Shown: one piece after another, positions 32,953-41,530 of the stretch
Numbering within the stretch: position 1 is the stretch's first letter
How the letters are laid out: every line of letters starts with the position of its first letter
From: Candidatus Gottesmanbacteria bacterium GW2011_GWA2_43_14
Lineage (GTDB): Bacteria; Patescibacteriota; Microgenomatia; 2-02-FULL-39-11
Direction of reading: 5' to 3'
Length of the DNA stretch: 64,000 nt
NCBI GenBank assembly: GCA_000999095.1
Contig: LCFP01000001.1
Coordinates: 138,230-202,229 of the forward strand
Translations under genes and position numbers: made by a program
Notes under the pieces: model-generated
What the model was told of the DNA's origin: nothing
Databases searched by the model: none
The model's input: the letters and a program-made list of their open reading frames with translations, nothing else

Positions 32953-34675
32953 TTTGTTTGGTAACTTTAATCAGATAAAAATAAGGCTGGCCGTCACGCA
33001 GGTATATCGTTTTGACAAGTTGGCTGACAACCACGTCCCTTTCCTGTAATCCGTAATCCGATCCCGAGGAACTCCGCAACTCGGCTAAAACTTTCTTATC
33101 AACCCTGACTGCGCCGCTCGTGGCATTTGGCGGGGTGGATTCCGCATATGACACAAGCAGCCGGTCTGGAATGGTCAAATCATTTCCCCAATCAAGTTTC
33201 TTGAATTTCAATTTGTCCAGTTGTGCCACATGTTGGAAACCCTCGCGGTCCTGGCTAAACCTGACAGCCTTTCGACGGTAATATTCCGGGTCGGTAGCAT
33301 TGTAAAAGAGGAAATATATATACGGCGAATTTTCCGGCCGGTCCATGACGATTTCCCGGTACTCTGGTTTCAACAGTTCAACTGTGTCTACGAGTTGGCG
33401 GTAGCCGTCCCCCCACCATTTATCGGAATTGACAGGAAAATGAAGAAAATACTGGTCCGTGTATAACAGCAGATTAAATGCGATGATGATTGTAATGACC
33501 AATGACTGCCGGGGATAATATCCACGGCCGCTTTTGTGCGAAGTTAAAAGCTGAAGTCCGGCGGCTGACAATAAAGCCAGTACCGGCATGACAGCAAACA
33601 TCCTGGCCGAATGCGGACTGTCGCGGGTGATTGCCGCAGGCAGGATGGCCGTAAACAACCAAAAGGAAATCAGCAACCGCCACGGTAGCTTTCGTCTGAA
33701 AAAGAAGTAAAAACCGGCAAAGAGAACGGGATATTCCCAAAGGTATAGATTGCCGAAATTCGGAATATTATGCTGTCTGTTATCACCGCCTTTAATAACT
33801 AAAAATTCCGGGGACAGGCTTTTAAAATAACCTTCGACAAACCGGAGAGCCGCATAGGTAATTTTATTGTGAAGAAGACGCGCAAGAAATGCATCTGAGG
33901 TATGATCTAACCTCAAGAGATCTGTTTTTTCATACACAGAGTACTCATCCGCGAAATAAGAAAGGCCTGTCATCTTGGTCCGGTCTGCCGAAAACAATGT
34001 CCCGGAATAAATATACAGGGCAAGTAAGGAAAAAGGCAGGGCAAATATCAGCAATTTTCGCATGTTTCTTCTGAGCAAAAACAAGAGCCATAAAAACAAC
34101 AAAGGGGTAAAAAGATGATTGCCGTGATAGGAAAACAGGCTGAAGCTTAAAATAACCGAGGAAACTGCCAGCCATATTTTCGAATATGATCCGTAAAGAT
34201 AAATGACAACCCCTAAGGCAACGGAAAACGCGGCCAGATTTGCTTCCGAGGCTATCCTAGAAAAGTGGATATGCCAGGGAGTAATCGCCAGGATAAAAGC
34301 AGCCAAAAGTGAAGCTTTCTGGGACCGGTAAAAGATTTTTTTTCCTATCAGATATGTCAAAAACACTGTCAGGCTTCCAGCAATAAACGAAACTGAACGG
34401 ACTGAAAATTGGTTCAACCCGAATGAAGAAACCGGCAGAATCGAAGCATAAATATAAGCCGGTAATTTCCAGTCTCCGAAAGATTTAAAGGATATCGGGT
34501 AGCTTGCACCGTATTCATCTCTCCCGGTTTGCAGCAAACTGAAAGCGTTGTAGCCGATGGCAGCTTCATCGCGGTTTAAACCATTCGGTATTTCTCCCAA
34601 CTGAAAGCCTCTCAAACATAAAGTGAGAATGAAAATTAAAGCCAGTATAAAAATGTGTCTGGTTTTAGAAATCAT
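32942..34675 (-). CDS. ArnT/PMT-like GT-C glycosyltransferase (array member 4; ORF track start 34735)
   Basis: RDEAAIGYNAFS; SFGDWKLP; TPWHIHFSR; PHSAR; extra insertion near the C-terminus. Confidence 0.85.
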   Translation of the reverse strand: MISKTRHIFILALIFILTLCLRGFQLGEIPNGLNRDEAAIGYNAFSLLQTGRDEYGASYPISFKSFGDWKLPAYIYASILPVSSFGLNQFSVRSVSFIAGSLTVFLTYLIGKKIFYRSQKASLLAAFILAITPWHIHFSRIASEANLAAFSVALGVVIYLYGSYSKIWLAVSSVILSFSLFSYHGNHLFTPLLFLWLLFLLRRNMRKLLIFALPFSLLALYIYSGTLFSADRTKMTGLSYFADEYSVYEKTDLLRLDHTSDAFLARLLHNKITYAALRFVEGYFKSLSPEFLVIKGGDNRQHNIPNFGNLYLWEYPVLFAGFYFFFRRKLPWRLLISFWLFTAILPAAITRDSPHSARMFAVMPVLALLSAAGLQLLTSHKSGRGYYPRQSLVITIIIAFNLLLYTDQYFLHFPVNSDKWWGDGYRQLVDTVELLKPEYREIVMDRPENSPYIYFLFYNATDPEYYRRKAVRFSQDREGFQHVAQLDKLKFKKLDWGNDLTIPDRLLVSYAESTPPNATSGAVRVDKKVLAELRSSSGSDYGLQERDVVVSQLVKTIYLRDGQPYFYLIKVTKQNEN

Positions 34676-36299
34676 AAAAACGGTATAATGGCTTTCCCCG
34701 AGGGTCTTTAACTTCATATAAATAGCCCGCATCATCTGACAGATTTGCCGGCAATATATAAAGTGAATTTTTTAAAGGGGACCTTTTGACTTGCTGCCAG
34801 TCCAAATTTTCTGGAAAAAGGTATTTGCCGAAACCCTCGACATGCTCGAAGCCGAAACGGTCTGCTACATACGTCCTGGCAGCCTGCCTCTGGTATAATC
34901 CTGCATCATAGCGGTTATAAAAAAGGAAGTAAATATAAGGCATGCCGTTAAAATCAGCTACGATTATATTTTCATACTTTGATCCGATTCTGGAAGTCTC
35001 CGAAACTGCTTCCCTCCAGCCGTAGTTCCACCAGTCACTGTGGCTTGAATTCAGGCTGATAAAATATTGGCGGAAAAAATAACCGATCAGGAAAATATAA
35101 ATGGCACTGACAGCAATAACTGTTTTTTTATCACGGATTATGCTCAGGCCCGCGGCAATTAACGCGGTCAAGGGAACAATTGCCGTAAAAGTTCGGTTGC
35201 TGGACGGTACCATGAAAGTCAGTGAGGCCGGAATGAGGGATATTATGAGCCAGCCAAAAAGGAATTTTTTTTGCCCTGATCCGAAACGTACAGCCAATAA
35301 AACAATGCCTGTAATCAGAAAAAAACCGTCTGTCAGGTACAAAAGTCCCATGCCGGGAATTTGAAAAGGCGTCACAGTATCACCCTTTAAAAACAGGTAA
35401 CGGCCGTCAAAATGGCTGAAGAAATTTGAGGAAATTTGGCGGAAATAAAGGTAAGCTTTATTATGGAAAAATCTGGCTAAAACCGGCGGGGCGTCCCGGT
35501 CCTGAGTTATCAGTTCCCACTGACGCAATTTTACCCCCTGGTCATAAAAGACGCTGATTGTCCTGGCGCGGCCGAAAATAACATCCTGGTTTGTCAGAAA
35601 ACCGAGAAACAAAGGTGCAACCGCCAGGCATATTGCAACCATAGGCATGAGGAGGAGCCGGGGCTTAGCCAAAAATATCTGTCTGTAAATAACCATCAAT
35701 AAAAGTATAAGCAACGGCACAAATACTCTTAAGCCGTAATAGGCGTAAAGTGAAATTCCGAAGAATATAAAAGACCAGAAAATATTATGATTTTTCTTCA
35801 CTCCCTTCAGAAAAAATATGACTGAAAACAGCACAAAAAATAATGCAATCCCGACCAGCATGGCACTTCGGGATTGGAGAATATGCCAGGGTGAAACTGA
35901 GATTGACCAGGCGGCAATTAAGGCCATTTTATTTCCCGCCTTAGATCCGGGAAAGAGCATTACGACCAACAGATACAATAAATAAACAGACGCCGTACCG
36001 AGAATCGCCGAAGGCAGACGCACAGAAGTCTCTGATAGGCCGAAAATAACGACAAAGGGAATCATCAGCCATGACTGCAGGGGCGGTTTCCAGTCGCCGA
36101 AAGAACGTAAAGTTACCGGAAAATTATATCCGTGCTCATCCTTGCCTGTTATCAGCAAGGAAAAAGCGTTGTACCCCTGGTTGGCCTCGTCGGTATATAA
36201 AGACCCGGGAATACTATCAAGCCTGTATAGCCTTGCCACAGATGACAAGACAAGTATTAAAAAAAGAAATAAAAAACTTTTTCTTTTAAAAAGCTCCAT
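34665..36299 (-). CDS. ArnT/PMT-like GT-C glycosyltransferase (array member 3; ORF track start 36311)
   Basis: TDEANQGYNAFS; SFGDWKPPL; SPWHILQSR; PYIYFLFY. Confidence 0.85.
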   Translation of the reverse strand: MELFKRKSFLFLFLILVLSSVARLYRLDSIPGSLYTDEANQGYNAFSLLITGKDEHGYNFPVTLRSFGDWKPPLQSWLMIPFVVIFGLSETSVRLPSAILGTASVYLLYLLVVMLFPGSKAGNKMALIAAWSISVSPWHILQSRSAMLVGIALFFVLFSVIFFLKGVKKNHNIFWSFIFFGISLYAYYGLRVFVPLLILLLMVIYRQIFLAKPRLLLMPMVAICLAVAPLFLGFLTNQDVIFGRARTISVFYDQGVKLRQWELITQDRDAPPVLARFFHNKAYLYFRQISSNFFSHFDGRYLFLKGDTVTPFQIPGMGLLYLTDGFFLITGIVLLAVRFGSGQKKFLFGWLIISLIPASLTFMVPSSNRTFTAIVPLTALIAAGLSIIRDKKTVIAVSAIYIFLIGYFFRQYFISLNSSHSDWWNYGWREAVSETSRIGSKYENIIVADFNGMPYIYFLFYNRYDAGLYQRQAARTYVADRFGFEHVEGFGKYLFPENLDWQQVKRSPLKNSLYILPANLSDDAGYLYEVKDPRGKPLYRFYDF

Positions 36300-37146
36300 G
36301 GATTTTATCAAGATTTCCTGAGATAATAAGCGGGTAATGCCGGAAATAATAATGAATCAGCTGGCTGTATTCATAAAGCAAAAACAGTGTTGATCCTGTT
36401 GCCACTGTTTTGACATATATGTTCCTGGCTTGAAAGGAGTAAAACAAACCGGTTCCGGTTAAAACTGACCAGAGCGGAACAGCTAGAAAAATCTCCCTGC
36501 TCTCAGGAAAAGCCGGACTGAAAGCGGAAAAAACCAGTATCCACAGTAGTATAAAGAGCAGAAATCTCTTTCCCGGAAATGCTTTTAAAAGTCCCAGGAT
36601 TATAAATGGCAGGAAAAATAGATACATGATGCCGAATTCCCTCAATCCCCCCCACCAGAATGTAATATTCCGGTAGAACAGCAAATCAGGCGATAAGAGT
36701 ATAAATAAATTATTCAGAATACTATCTACAGGCAGTAATGGCGGATATTTAATCCACCAATACAGGGGTATGACTGAAAAAACAAGGGTAGCAAGAGTGA
36801 AATATAATTTCGTGTTATTTTTTTTTAAAAAATATTTTGTGATTATTATTCCTGACAAAAACAGTAAAAAAGTCAAAAGCTGAATTGGAGAATAAATCCT
36901 TCCCTGTTCTATAGCCTGTGGGATTATTGAATAAACCCAAGCTGCCAAAAGGGAGGGTTTGCGGTTTATTCTTAACATCCTACTGAAATAAAAAACAACT
37001 AAAGTCATAAGGACCCCGGTTGCCGCCGACAGTAGTCTTCCTTCCAAAAGCGTATTTTCAGTTTGCGGAGGTATTGATTCAAGATGCCAAAACCTCAATA
37101 TACTGCTTTGGGCAAGAATTAAATTCAGGGCAATTTTAAATGTCAT
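36286..37146 (-). CDS. Shortened ArnT-like paralog lacking the DE catalytic loop (array member 2)
   Basis: Keeps LRFWHLESIPP, RLLSA..G, SPDLLF, FGIMYLFFLPF and HYYFRHYP but has no DExxxGYNAYS/DxKPP loop; intact 286-aa frame. Confidence 0.65.
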   Translation of the reverse strand: MTFKIALNLILAQSSILRFWHLESIPPQTENTLLEGRLLSAATGVLMTLVVFYFSRMLRINRKPSLLAAWVYSIIPQAIEQGRIYSPIQLLTFLLFLSGIIITKYFLKKNNTKLYFTLATLVFSVIPLYWWIKYPPLLPVDSILNNLFILLSPDLLFYRNITFWWGGLREFGIMYLFFLPFIILGLLKAFPGKRFLLFILLWILVFSAFSPAFPESREIFLAVPLWSVLTGTGLFYSFQARNIYVKTVATGSTLFLLYEYSQLIHYYFRHYPLIISGNLDKIHGAF

Positions 37147-37148
37147 AA

Positions 37149-38828
37149 TTACTCTCTTTGATTTTCCCCGATGTAAAGGGCTGTAGTTCCGTCGGGATAA
37201 TTAATGGTATCCAGGATTCTGCTACCTGTAGGAAAATCTCGGGGATTTCCAACCAGCAATAAATTGCCTTTACCGGTCAGTTCAGAGTAATTGAAATTAC
37301 GGAATTCATATTTACCGAATCTATTTCTTTCTTCTGCAAAACCCCCTGAAACTGTACCTCCCTCCTCTAAATACCGTTTAGGAGGGTACTGTGTGTAGTA
37401 CAGCCAAAAAATATAGGGCATGGAAGCCCCTTCAGGCAGATCAGTCCCCAGGGAAACCAAAATACGGTCATAATTGTCTTTTACTTTTTCGGTATATTCT
37501 ACAGCTTCTTTTCGGCCGTACATCCAGTTTCTTGAGAATTCAAAATCAGTATGGAAATAATACTGATGCATATACCTGCCAATGGAAAAGATAAAGACCG
37601 GCAGCAAAGCCCAAACAGCGGCGGTATAAAGAATGTTCCATTCCCTTTTTAAAAGCTTTAAAATGTTCCATAAGCCTATTGCGGCAAATATTTGGAGAGT
37701 CGGAAGAATTATTTCAGCCCGCACGGAATGGGGCGCCTGACGCGTGACCGCAGCAGGCAGAGGTGCCAGAAATAGCCAGATTGGCAGGATTGCGGTAATT
37801 CTTTTGGTATATCGAAGGAAGAAAAATCCGATGCCTGCCAATATGAAAAAATAGTCAAAAAAATAAATCATGCCGAAACCGGGAGCGTGATGAAGCGGCA
37901 CATCACCTTTAACTACCAGAAAATAGGGTGAGAAATGTGAAAAATAGTTAACGGCTAAACGCTTGAAGTTTTCATAATTATAAATACTGATCCTGCGGTT
38001 ATGGAAGATTCGTCCTGAGAAATAAGCTTGCGGACTGATTACGGCATCCCTGGCAATTTCATCTGCTGCCTTCAAAATATTTTCTTCCATGCGCAGATCA
38101 TTGGTCACAATAAAACGGATTTGGGCATTTCGGTTGAAAGCTATAGGCAGGAAAAAAAGCCAGAATAAGATATAAATACCGAAAAAACCGATTATCATTC
38201 TCCTGCCCGGCAGCTGATGCCTCAATAAAATCACCAGGGAAATCAGAAGCAATGGCGCCACAACCCTGGTTGAATGATAAGTAAAAAGACCTAACCCGAA
38301 AAGGACAGCCGACAAATAAAATAGGTTATTTCTTTTTCTCGCTCCCTGAAGAAACGTAAATACGGCCGCAGCCACAACGGTCACCGAAAGATTAGTTTCA
38401 AAAGCCGCGCGGGAAAACTGCAGATGCCAGGGAGAAATTGCTAAAAATAGGGCTGATAAAAGGGCAATCTGATTTTTTTCCGGGTGTCTGCGGAGCAGTT
38501 CCCGGACCAGGAAAAAAACCAGAAACACTGCCAGTGAACCGGAAATTGCAGAAGGCAACCTGACGGTAAAATCGCTGAGTCCGAAGAGAAATATGCCGGG
38601 AATGGCTGAATAAACGTAAAGAGGCGGCTTCCAATCATCCAGGGAGCGGAAATTCCGCGGAAATAATTGACCGAACTGGTCACGTCCGGTCAGCATGATG
38701 GAGTAGGCATCATAGCCTAAAGCCACTTCGTCCCATTCGAGGGAATTTGGGGTTTTCCCCAAATTAAAAAGCCGTAAACAAACGGCTATAAAAGTAATGA
38801 CGCCCAGAAGCGCCATAACTCTTTTCAT
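37149..38828 (-). CDS. ArnT/PMT-like GT-C glycosyltransferase (array member 1; ORF track start 38834)
   Basis: WDEVALGYDAYS; SLDDWKPPLY; SPWHLQFSR; PHSVR; GKYEFRN. Confidence 0.85.
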   Translation of the reverse strand: MKRVMALLGVITFIAVCLRLFNLGKTPNSLEWDEVALGYDAYSIMLTGRDQFGQLFPRNFRSLDDWKPPLYVYSAIPGIFLFGLSDFTVRLPSAISGSLAVFLVFFLVRELLRRHPEKNQIALLSALFLAISPWHLQFSRAAFETNLSVTVVAAAVFTFLQGARKRNNLFYLSAVLFGLGLFTYHSTRVVAPLLLISLVILLRHQLPGRRMIIGFFGIYILFWLFFLPIAFNRNAQIRFIVTNDLRMEENILKAADEIARDAVISPQAYFSGRIFHNRRISIYNYENFKRLAVNYFSHFSPYFLVVKGDVPLHHAPGFGMIYFFDYFFILAGIGFFFLRYTKRITAILPIWLFLAPLPAAVTRQAPHSVRAEIILPTLQIFAAIGLWNILKLLKREWNILYTAAVWALLPVFIFSIGRYMHQYYFHTDFEFSRNWMYGRKEAVEYTEKVKDNYDRILVSLGTDLPEGASMPYIFWLYYTQYPPKRYLEEGGTVSGGFAEERNRFGKYEFRNFNYSELTGKGNLLLVGNPRDFPTGSRILDTINYPDGTTALYIGENQRE

Positions 38829-38834
38829 GGCCAT

Positions 38835-38843
38835 ATTTTACCA
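38835..38843 (-). promoter_or_regulatory. Extended -10 leaderless promoter of the GT-C array (TGG-TAAAAT)
   Basis: TGnTAAAAT-ATGGCC-ATG(38828). Confidence 0.55.
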
Positions 38844-38846
38844 TAG

Positions 38847-40244
38847 TCAGCCCACTTGGAAAGTTTTTAAGTTTGTCACCTTGCGCAGATTGGTTCCCGA
38901 GCTTAAAAAGCGATGAAGAATCTTATAGGCATCATAATCAAAAATATACTCGTATTTGCCCGGCACCGGCATGTCTTCTTCAGAACTGAAGCTGTCGAGC
39001 AGACACCAGCGGTCAAACAGAAATGATTCTTTGAGCTCTGATTCCTCCCTGACAAGTATCGGGCCGGCAAACGGCCAGGGTTTAACCCGGTACTTGGTGA
39101 ATGCATCCATAAACCTCAAATTATACTTAAGTTTATCTTCCTTTTTAGCACAGATGCCCCGGCAACGGTTAAGTCTGTACCAGAAACAGGCGCCAGTCGT
39201 ATTCTCTAAACCGAGCAATTTCGGACATAAGTCATACTCCCCGGCCAGTGAGTACAGGAACTCTTTAGCTTGAGATTGTGAACGGAAAATGCTTAAAAGA
39301 TCCTGGAAATTACCGTTTCCGCCGGATTTTTCCTCAATTTTGAAAACGTATATGCCATCTGCGTTCACACATTTTGTGACCGCGATCAATTTTCGCCGCA
39401 GCCGCAATCTGCGGTTATATATAGGCTGGAGCTTTTTGATCAGGGATGACTCCAAAAACAAGGCGCCCAACTCGCCCGCTGTTCTCTCGTATCCTATTCT
39501 TCTGATCTCCCTGGATATATTCAGGTCTTTAGAAGACAAATAGTCCCGGGAAAAATGTGATTTGACCCTGTCTTTTATGTTGATACTTTTTCCGACATAG
39601 AGGGGCGTTTCATGGTCGCCGTAAAAAATGTAAACACCGGGCGACTCAGGCAGGCTCTCCAATTCATCTCCGGTGATATTTAGCGGAACCGACGGTTCTT
39701 TGAGTGCCAAATTCAGGGCTTTCTCGAAAATTTTTCGGGCGGTATTTTTTCGGCTAAAACTATACAAATCCCAGATGACTTTTGCATCGTCAAAAGCACG
39801 ATGCCGTTTTTCTATCTTTAAGTGAAAATTGCTGATCAGATGGTCAAGATTATAGAACCGGAGTCCGGGATAAAGCAGTTTAGACAGTTTGATGGTACAA
39901 AAATGCTTTGAGGAGAAACTTATGCCGCACCTCTTAAACTCCTGGTGCAATATTCCGTAATCAAATCTGATGTTATGGGCGGCAATGACTGAATCTTTTA
40001 TCATCTCCAAAACTTCCCCGCAGATGGCCTCAAAAATAGGTGCCCGGTCCAGCTCTTCATAAGTTATGCCTGTCAATTCCAGGACAAAAGGACTGATGGA
40101 ACTTACAGGTCTTACCAATTGGGAATATTTTTTGACGATTTTGCCTTTTTCAGTTCTGATGATTCCGATTTCGATAATCTGGCTTCTGGCTACATGGCCG
40201 CCGGTTGTTTCCAGATCGATAAAGGTAATACTTGGAGGCATCAT
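38847..40244 (-). CDS. DEDDh (DnaQ-like) exonuclease fused to a UvrC/Cho-type GIY-YIG endonuclease
   Basis: FIDLETTG, AHNIRFD, HRAFDDA; PGVYIF..LYVGKS..RVKSHF, LES..IK..QPIYN; C-terminal Cys cluster CPK..CFW..CRGIC. Confidence 0.88.
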   Translation of the reverse strand: MMPPSITFIDLETTGGHVARSQIIEIGIIRTEKGKIVKKYSQLVRPVSSISPFVLELTGITYEELDRAPIFEAICGEVLEMIKDSVIAAHNIRFDYGILHQEFKRCGISFSSKHFCTIKLSKLLYPGLRFYNLDHLISNFHLKIEKRHRAFDDAKVIWDLYSFSRKNTARKIFEKALNLALKEPSVPLNITGDELESLPESPGVYIFYGDHETPLYVGKSINIKDRVKSHFSRDYLSSKDLNISREIRRIGYERTAGELGALFLESSLIKKLQPIYNRRLRLRRKLIAVTKCVNADGIYVFKIEEKSGGNGNFQDLLSIFRSQSQAKEFLYSLAGEYDLCPKLLGLENTTGACFWYRLNRCRGICAKKEDKLKYNLRFMDAFTKYRVKPWPFAGPILVREESELKESFLFDRWCLLDSFSSEEDMPVPGKYEYIFDYDAYKILHRFLSSGTNLRKVTNLKTFQVG

Positions 40245-40287
40245 AGGGAAATAATAAAGTAGCAGAAATATCTGTGAATTGGAAGTT

Positions 40288-40842
40288 TCAGATAGCCGAT
40301 TCCCTATTACTGTTCATGATCCTCTGCCTTAGATACGGTGAAAAATGGTCGCCGTATCTGTCCTGTAAATCCGTTCTCTGCCAATCATTATTTGTCAGCC
40401 GTCCCCGGCATAAATTGCTTCCGCAGCTGCAGCGGCCGTCGTCGCTGTATGCCCATCCGCCGTCATCCCAGGTGGCAAAATCGACCGTGATTTCCTCACC
40501 TTTTTTAATATGGCGCCTGGCCGACACAGTCACTTCATCATTCAACCAGGCATTGGGATCGCAGGAATGATTCAAAAATTCATCCAGACTGCCGGTCGTA
40601 ACGTCAGCAGACAGCCCCAGATAATGGTCCTCAGAAATTGGCACCAGGGAAAATTCCCGGTATAAATTATCGTCAAAATCCTTTTTGGGAATGACTTCGC
40701 CACCCCAGATCATGATTATTTCACCGGCATTGATATCCTGACTGGTGAAGACACCATGCCCGTGGATATCAGATTTCTTTACTTCAAGCCGGGGATCAAT
40801 CCAGCTGTCTGACAGGTATTTTTCTTCTGCTTTTTTCTTCAT
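40288..40842 (-). CDS. SET-domain protein with post-SET zinc motif (lysine methyltransferase-like)
   Basis: SDIHGHGVF, FLNHSCDPN, IKKGEEITVDF, CSCGSNLCRG. Confidence 0.88.
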   Translation of the reverse strand: MKKKAEEKYLSDSWIDPRLEVKKSDIHGHGVFTSQDINAGEIIMIWGGEVIPKKDFDDNLYREFSLVPISEDHYLGLSADVTTGSLDEFLNHSCDPNAWLNDEVTVSARRHIKKGEEITVDFATWDDGGWAYSDDGRCSCGSNLCRGRLTNNDWQRTDLQDRYGDHFSPYLRQRIMNSNRESAI

Positions 40843-40959
40843 TTTGATATAACTCTCATTTTATGAAATATCTCAAAGTAAAACCCGTTTTGCAAAGTAA
40901 AAAAATGGATATGTCTTACTCCGGTTTTGCTTAATTTGAAGCTAAATTCTGAAATCCCC

Positions 40960-41001
40960 TTTTTTTGTCAGTCGCCAAGCTTGATTGCTATCACAAAAAA
41001 A
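40960..41001 (-). terminator. Possible stem-loop downstream of the NYN gene
   Basis: TTTTTTTGT...ACAAAAAAA arms around a central CAAGCTTG palindrome; inner stem imperfect. Confidence 0.25.
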
Positions 41002-41006
41002 CGCGA

Positions 41007-41510
41007 TTAAATTTTAAACAGAAGGGTTCTGATATTGTCTTCAATATTAGTGAAATCGTCTGCCATTTCCATAAGTTCCCGGTTGGCTGTCTTTTTAAAG
41101 GCAACAATCTCAACCAGACAACCGACAGCCTGCTGGAGGTAATTTACCACCGGACGGAAATCGCCGTCGCCTGAAACCAGAATTATGGAATCTACCTTTT
41201 GCCCCAAGCGGATGCCATCCATGGCCATACCGATATCCCAATCACCTTTTTTAGCTCCTCCCAAAAATATCTGAATCGGTTTTTCCTTTACTTCAAAACC
41301 GGCGTTATTCAGAGCATCAAAGAATTCCTGCTCATCTGAATCGGCCTTAATGACATAGGCGATGGCACGGACCAGAATTCTGCCAGCTAATATCAGATTG
41401 AGCAGTTTTTTAAAATTAATCCTTGATTTATAGAGGTTTCTGGCCGAATAGTAAAGGTTTTGGACATCAACTAAAACGGCAACTCTCTGGTCAGGATTTT
41501 TTACTATCAT
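41007..41510 (-). CDS. NYN-domain (LabA/DUF88) protein
   Basis: VLVDVQNLY, KKGDWDIGMAMD, LVSGDGDFRP, ADDF. Confidence 0.92.
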   Translation of the reverse strand: MIVKNPDQRVAVLVDVQNLYYSARNLYKSRINFKKLLNLILAGRILVRAIAYVIKADSDEQEFFDALNNAGFEVKEKPIQIFLGGAKKGDWDIGMAMDGIRLGQKVDSIILVSGDGDFRPVVNYLQQAVGCLVEIVAFKKTANRELMEMADDFTNIEDNIRTLLFKI

Positions 41511-41518
41511 CTTTATCC

Positions 41519-41524
41519 ATTATA
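41519..41524 (-). promoter_or_regulatory. Putative -10 box (TATAAT), near-leaderless, upstream of the NYN gene
   Basis: TGTG-TATAAT-GGATAAAG-ATG in a 20-bp gap. Confidence 0.55.
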
Positions 41525-41530
41525 CACATT

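Noticed and set aside
26483-38828. The array as lipid A L-Ara4N modification (arn operon)
   Set aside because: No arnA/B/D/E/F or lipid A genes are in the window; the similarity is at GT-C family level only.
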